Source: Candidatus Methylomirabilota bacterium
GTDB taxonomy: Bacteria > Methylomirabilota > Methylomirabilia > Rokubacteriales > CSP1-6
NCBI GenBank assembly: GCA_046726415.1
Contig: JBKPAK010000220.1
Span: 1 to 19,109, forward strand
DNA: 19,109 nucleotides
Direction: 5' to 3'
Part shown: one piece after another, positions 18,211-19,109 of the stretch
How the letters are laid out: every line of letters begins with the position of its first letter
Position numbering within the stretch: the first letter of the stretch is position 1
Program-made: the position numbers and the translations under genes
Notes under the pieces: model-generated
What the model was told of the DNA's origin: nothing
Database searches by the model: none
The model's input: the letters and a program-made list of their open reading frames with translations, nothing else

Positions 18211-18260
18211 GACATGCGGCTCTGGAGCAGGCCGAGGCGGAGATGAAGGCGCTCGGCTGA
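18211..18260 (+). pseudogene. Tiny remnant resembling the C-terminus of adenylate-cyclase/AAA-ATPase/TPR proteins
   Basis: Reads DMRLW / LEQAEAEMKALG* across a small deletion. From memory this resembles the (E/D)M.FWLEQAEAE(L/M)..LG ending common in Rokubacteria-type proteins. Very short. Confidence 0.4.
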
Positions 18261-18444
18261 TCTCTGCCCGCGCTGCCAGGTTGAGAACCGCGGTTCTCAG
18301 ACCACTTCGAGCTCGGTCAGGGCGAAACGAGGCGAGCGCGGGACCCGCGCACGGAGCCTGTGGCTTCTAGGTGAGATCACCACCCGAGCCGGCCCGGGAA
18401 CCACGGAGGGACCCGAGAGCCGCTATCGCGAGGCGCTTGCGATC

Positions 18445-18846
18445 TCAGCGAGACCTTGTCGGATTGGCGTCTCCGAGCGCGTGCGCGAAGTACGCGTGCC
18501 AGCGGGCGAGATCATTCCGCGTGCGCTGATCCTGCGCACCCTGAACTTGAATCGCCATCCACGCCGCGCGCAAGGTGGCCTGGAGGCGACGAACCTCGTC
18601 GGCCGACAGCCGCACCGGCCGCCCGGTGAGGGCGGTCAGCTGCCGCTTGAGAATGTCCAGCTGCTTCGGCTGGAGCGGCGCCGCGGTCGCCCGCGGGGGC
18701 AGCGATGCGAGCGTCGTCTGCAGGCTCTTCTGCGCCACCGCTCCTCGTTCGAGGTTCTTGCGCATGAAGGTCGAGAGCAACGACGGGTCGTTCATGTTGT
18801 AGAGCGGCCGAGGCTGCGGTGGGAGATGGCCGGGAAAACGAGCCAT
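18445..18846 (-). CDS. Hypothetical protein, 133 aa
   Basis: Strong SD GGAGGAGG upstream of ATG 18846 (MARFPGHLPPQ...). The upstream extension in the ORF track overlaps the cupin gene and is unlikely. Confidence 0.65.
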   Translation of the reverse strand: MARFPGHLPPQPRPLYNMNDPSLLSTFMRKNLERGAVAQKSLQTTLASLPPRATAAPLQPKQLDILKRQLTALTGRPVRLSADEVRRLQATLRAAWMAIQVQGAQDQRTRNDLARWHAYFAHALGDANPTRSR

Positions 18847-18916
18847 GATGCGCCTCCTCCGAATGCCGTGCCCGTCGTTCCAACTCGTGACGGCGGAGCG
18901 TCCAGCTGCTGACTTC

Positions 18917-18940
18917 GGAGCGGGCCGCGCGGCCCGCTCC
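18917..18940. terminator. Perfect GC-rich hairpin just after the cupin stop codon
   Basis: GGAGCGGGCC-GCGC-GGCCCGCTCC lies 9 nt past the stop. It has no U-tract, so it may be an mRNA stabiliser or a weak terminator. Confidence 0.5.
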
Positions 18941-18949
18941 TGCGTTGTC

Positions 18950-19109
18950 TCAGCCGCGCTTCGGCCGTCCTTCGGGCGGATCGCACGGCACGGTTCCCAT
19001 GTCGGCCGGCACGGACACTTCCAGGATCTCGAGCGTGTCCGACGTCGCGATCTCGTTGTGGCGCAAGCCACCCGGGATGTACAGGGACTCACCCGCCTGG
19101 AGGCGGATC
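18950..19109 (-). CDS. Cupin-domain protein, 3' end (enters from the window edge)
   Basis: Not in the ORF track. Manual translation IRLQAGESLYIPGGLRHNEIATSDTLEILEVSVPADMGTVPCDPPEGRPKRG* contains cupin motif 2 (G.S.YIP.G..H.E). Confidence 0.85.
   Translation of the reverse strand, partial: IRLQAGESLYIPGGLRHNEIATSDTLEILEVSVPADMGTVPCDPPEGRPKRG

Overview
GC-rich bacterial DNA forming an accessory mosaic; a tentative Rokubacteria/Methylomirabilota-like host is suggested by one short gene remnant only. The left half holds the 5' part of an ECF sigma factor, a decayed mobile-element primase/helicase tail followed by a TAGG/CCTA iteron-like patch, a small secreted orphan, a truncated IS630, a GGCT-like hypothetical gene, a redox-type cluster (cNMP-TrxB-like oxidoreductase with a 1-nt frameshift, plus pirin), a TauD-family dioxygenase, an Fsr-like MFS transporter and an AraC remnant. 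The right half is dominated by an uncharacterised two-gene minus-strand operon, the best candidate for an undescribed system. Its first gene encodes a 1131-aa Tat-signal protein with a central hydrophobic helical block and a C-terminal beta-propeller. Its second encodes a 1405-aa Sec-signal protein built of a YWTD-like propeller, pentapeptide repeats, an NHL propeller and an SH3b-like tail. Upstream is what looks like a complete sigma54 promoter (palindromic activator site, IHF site, -24/-12 box) and a structured leader. The window ends with a 133-aa orphan and the 3' end of a cupin gene. All family calls come from motif recognition by eye; no searches were run.
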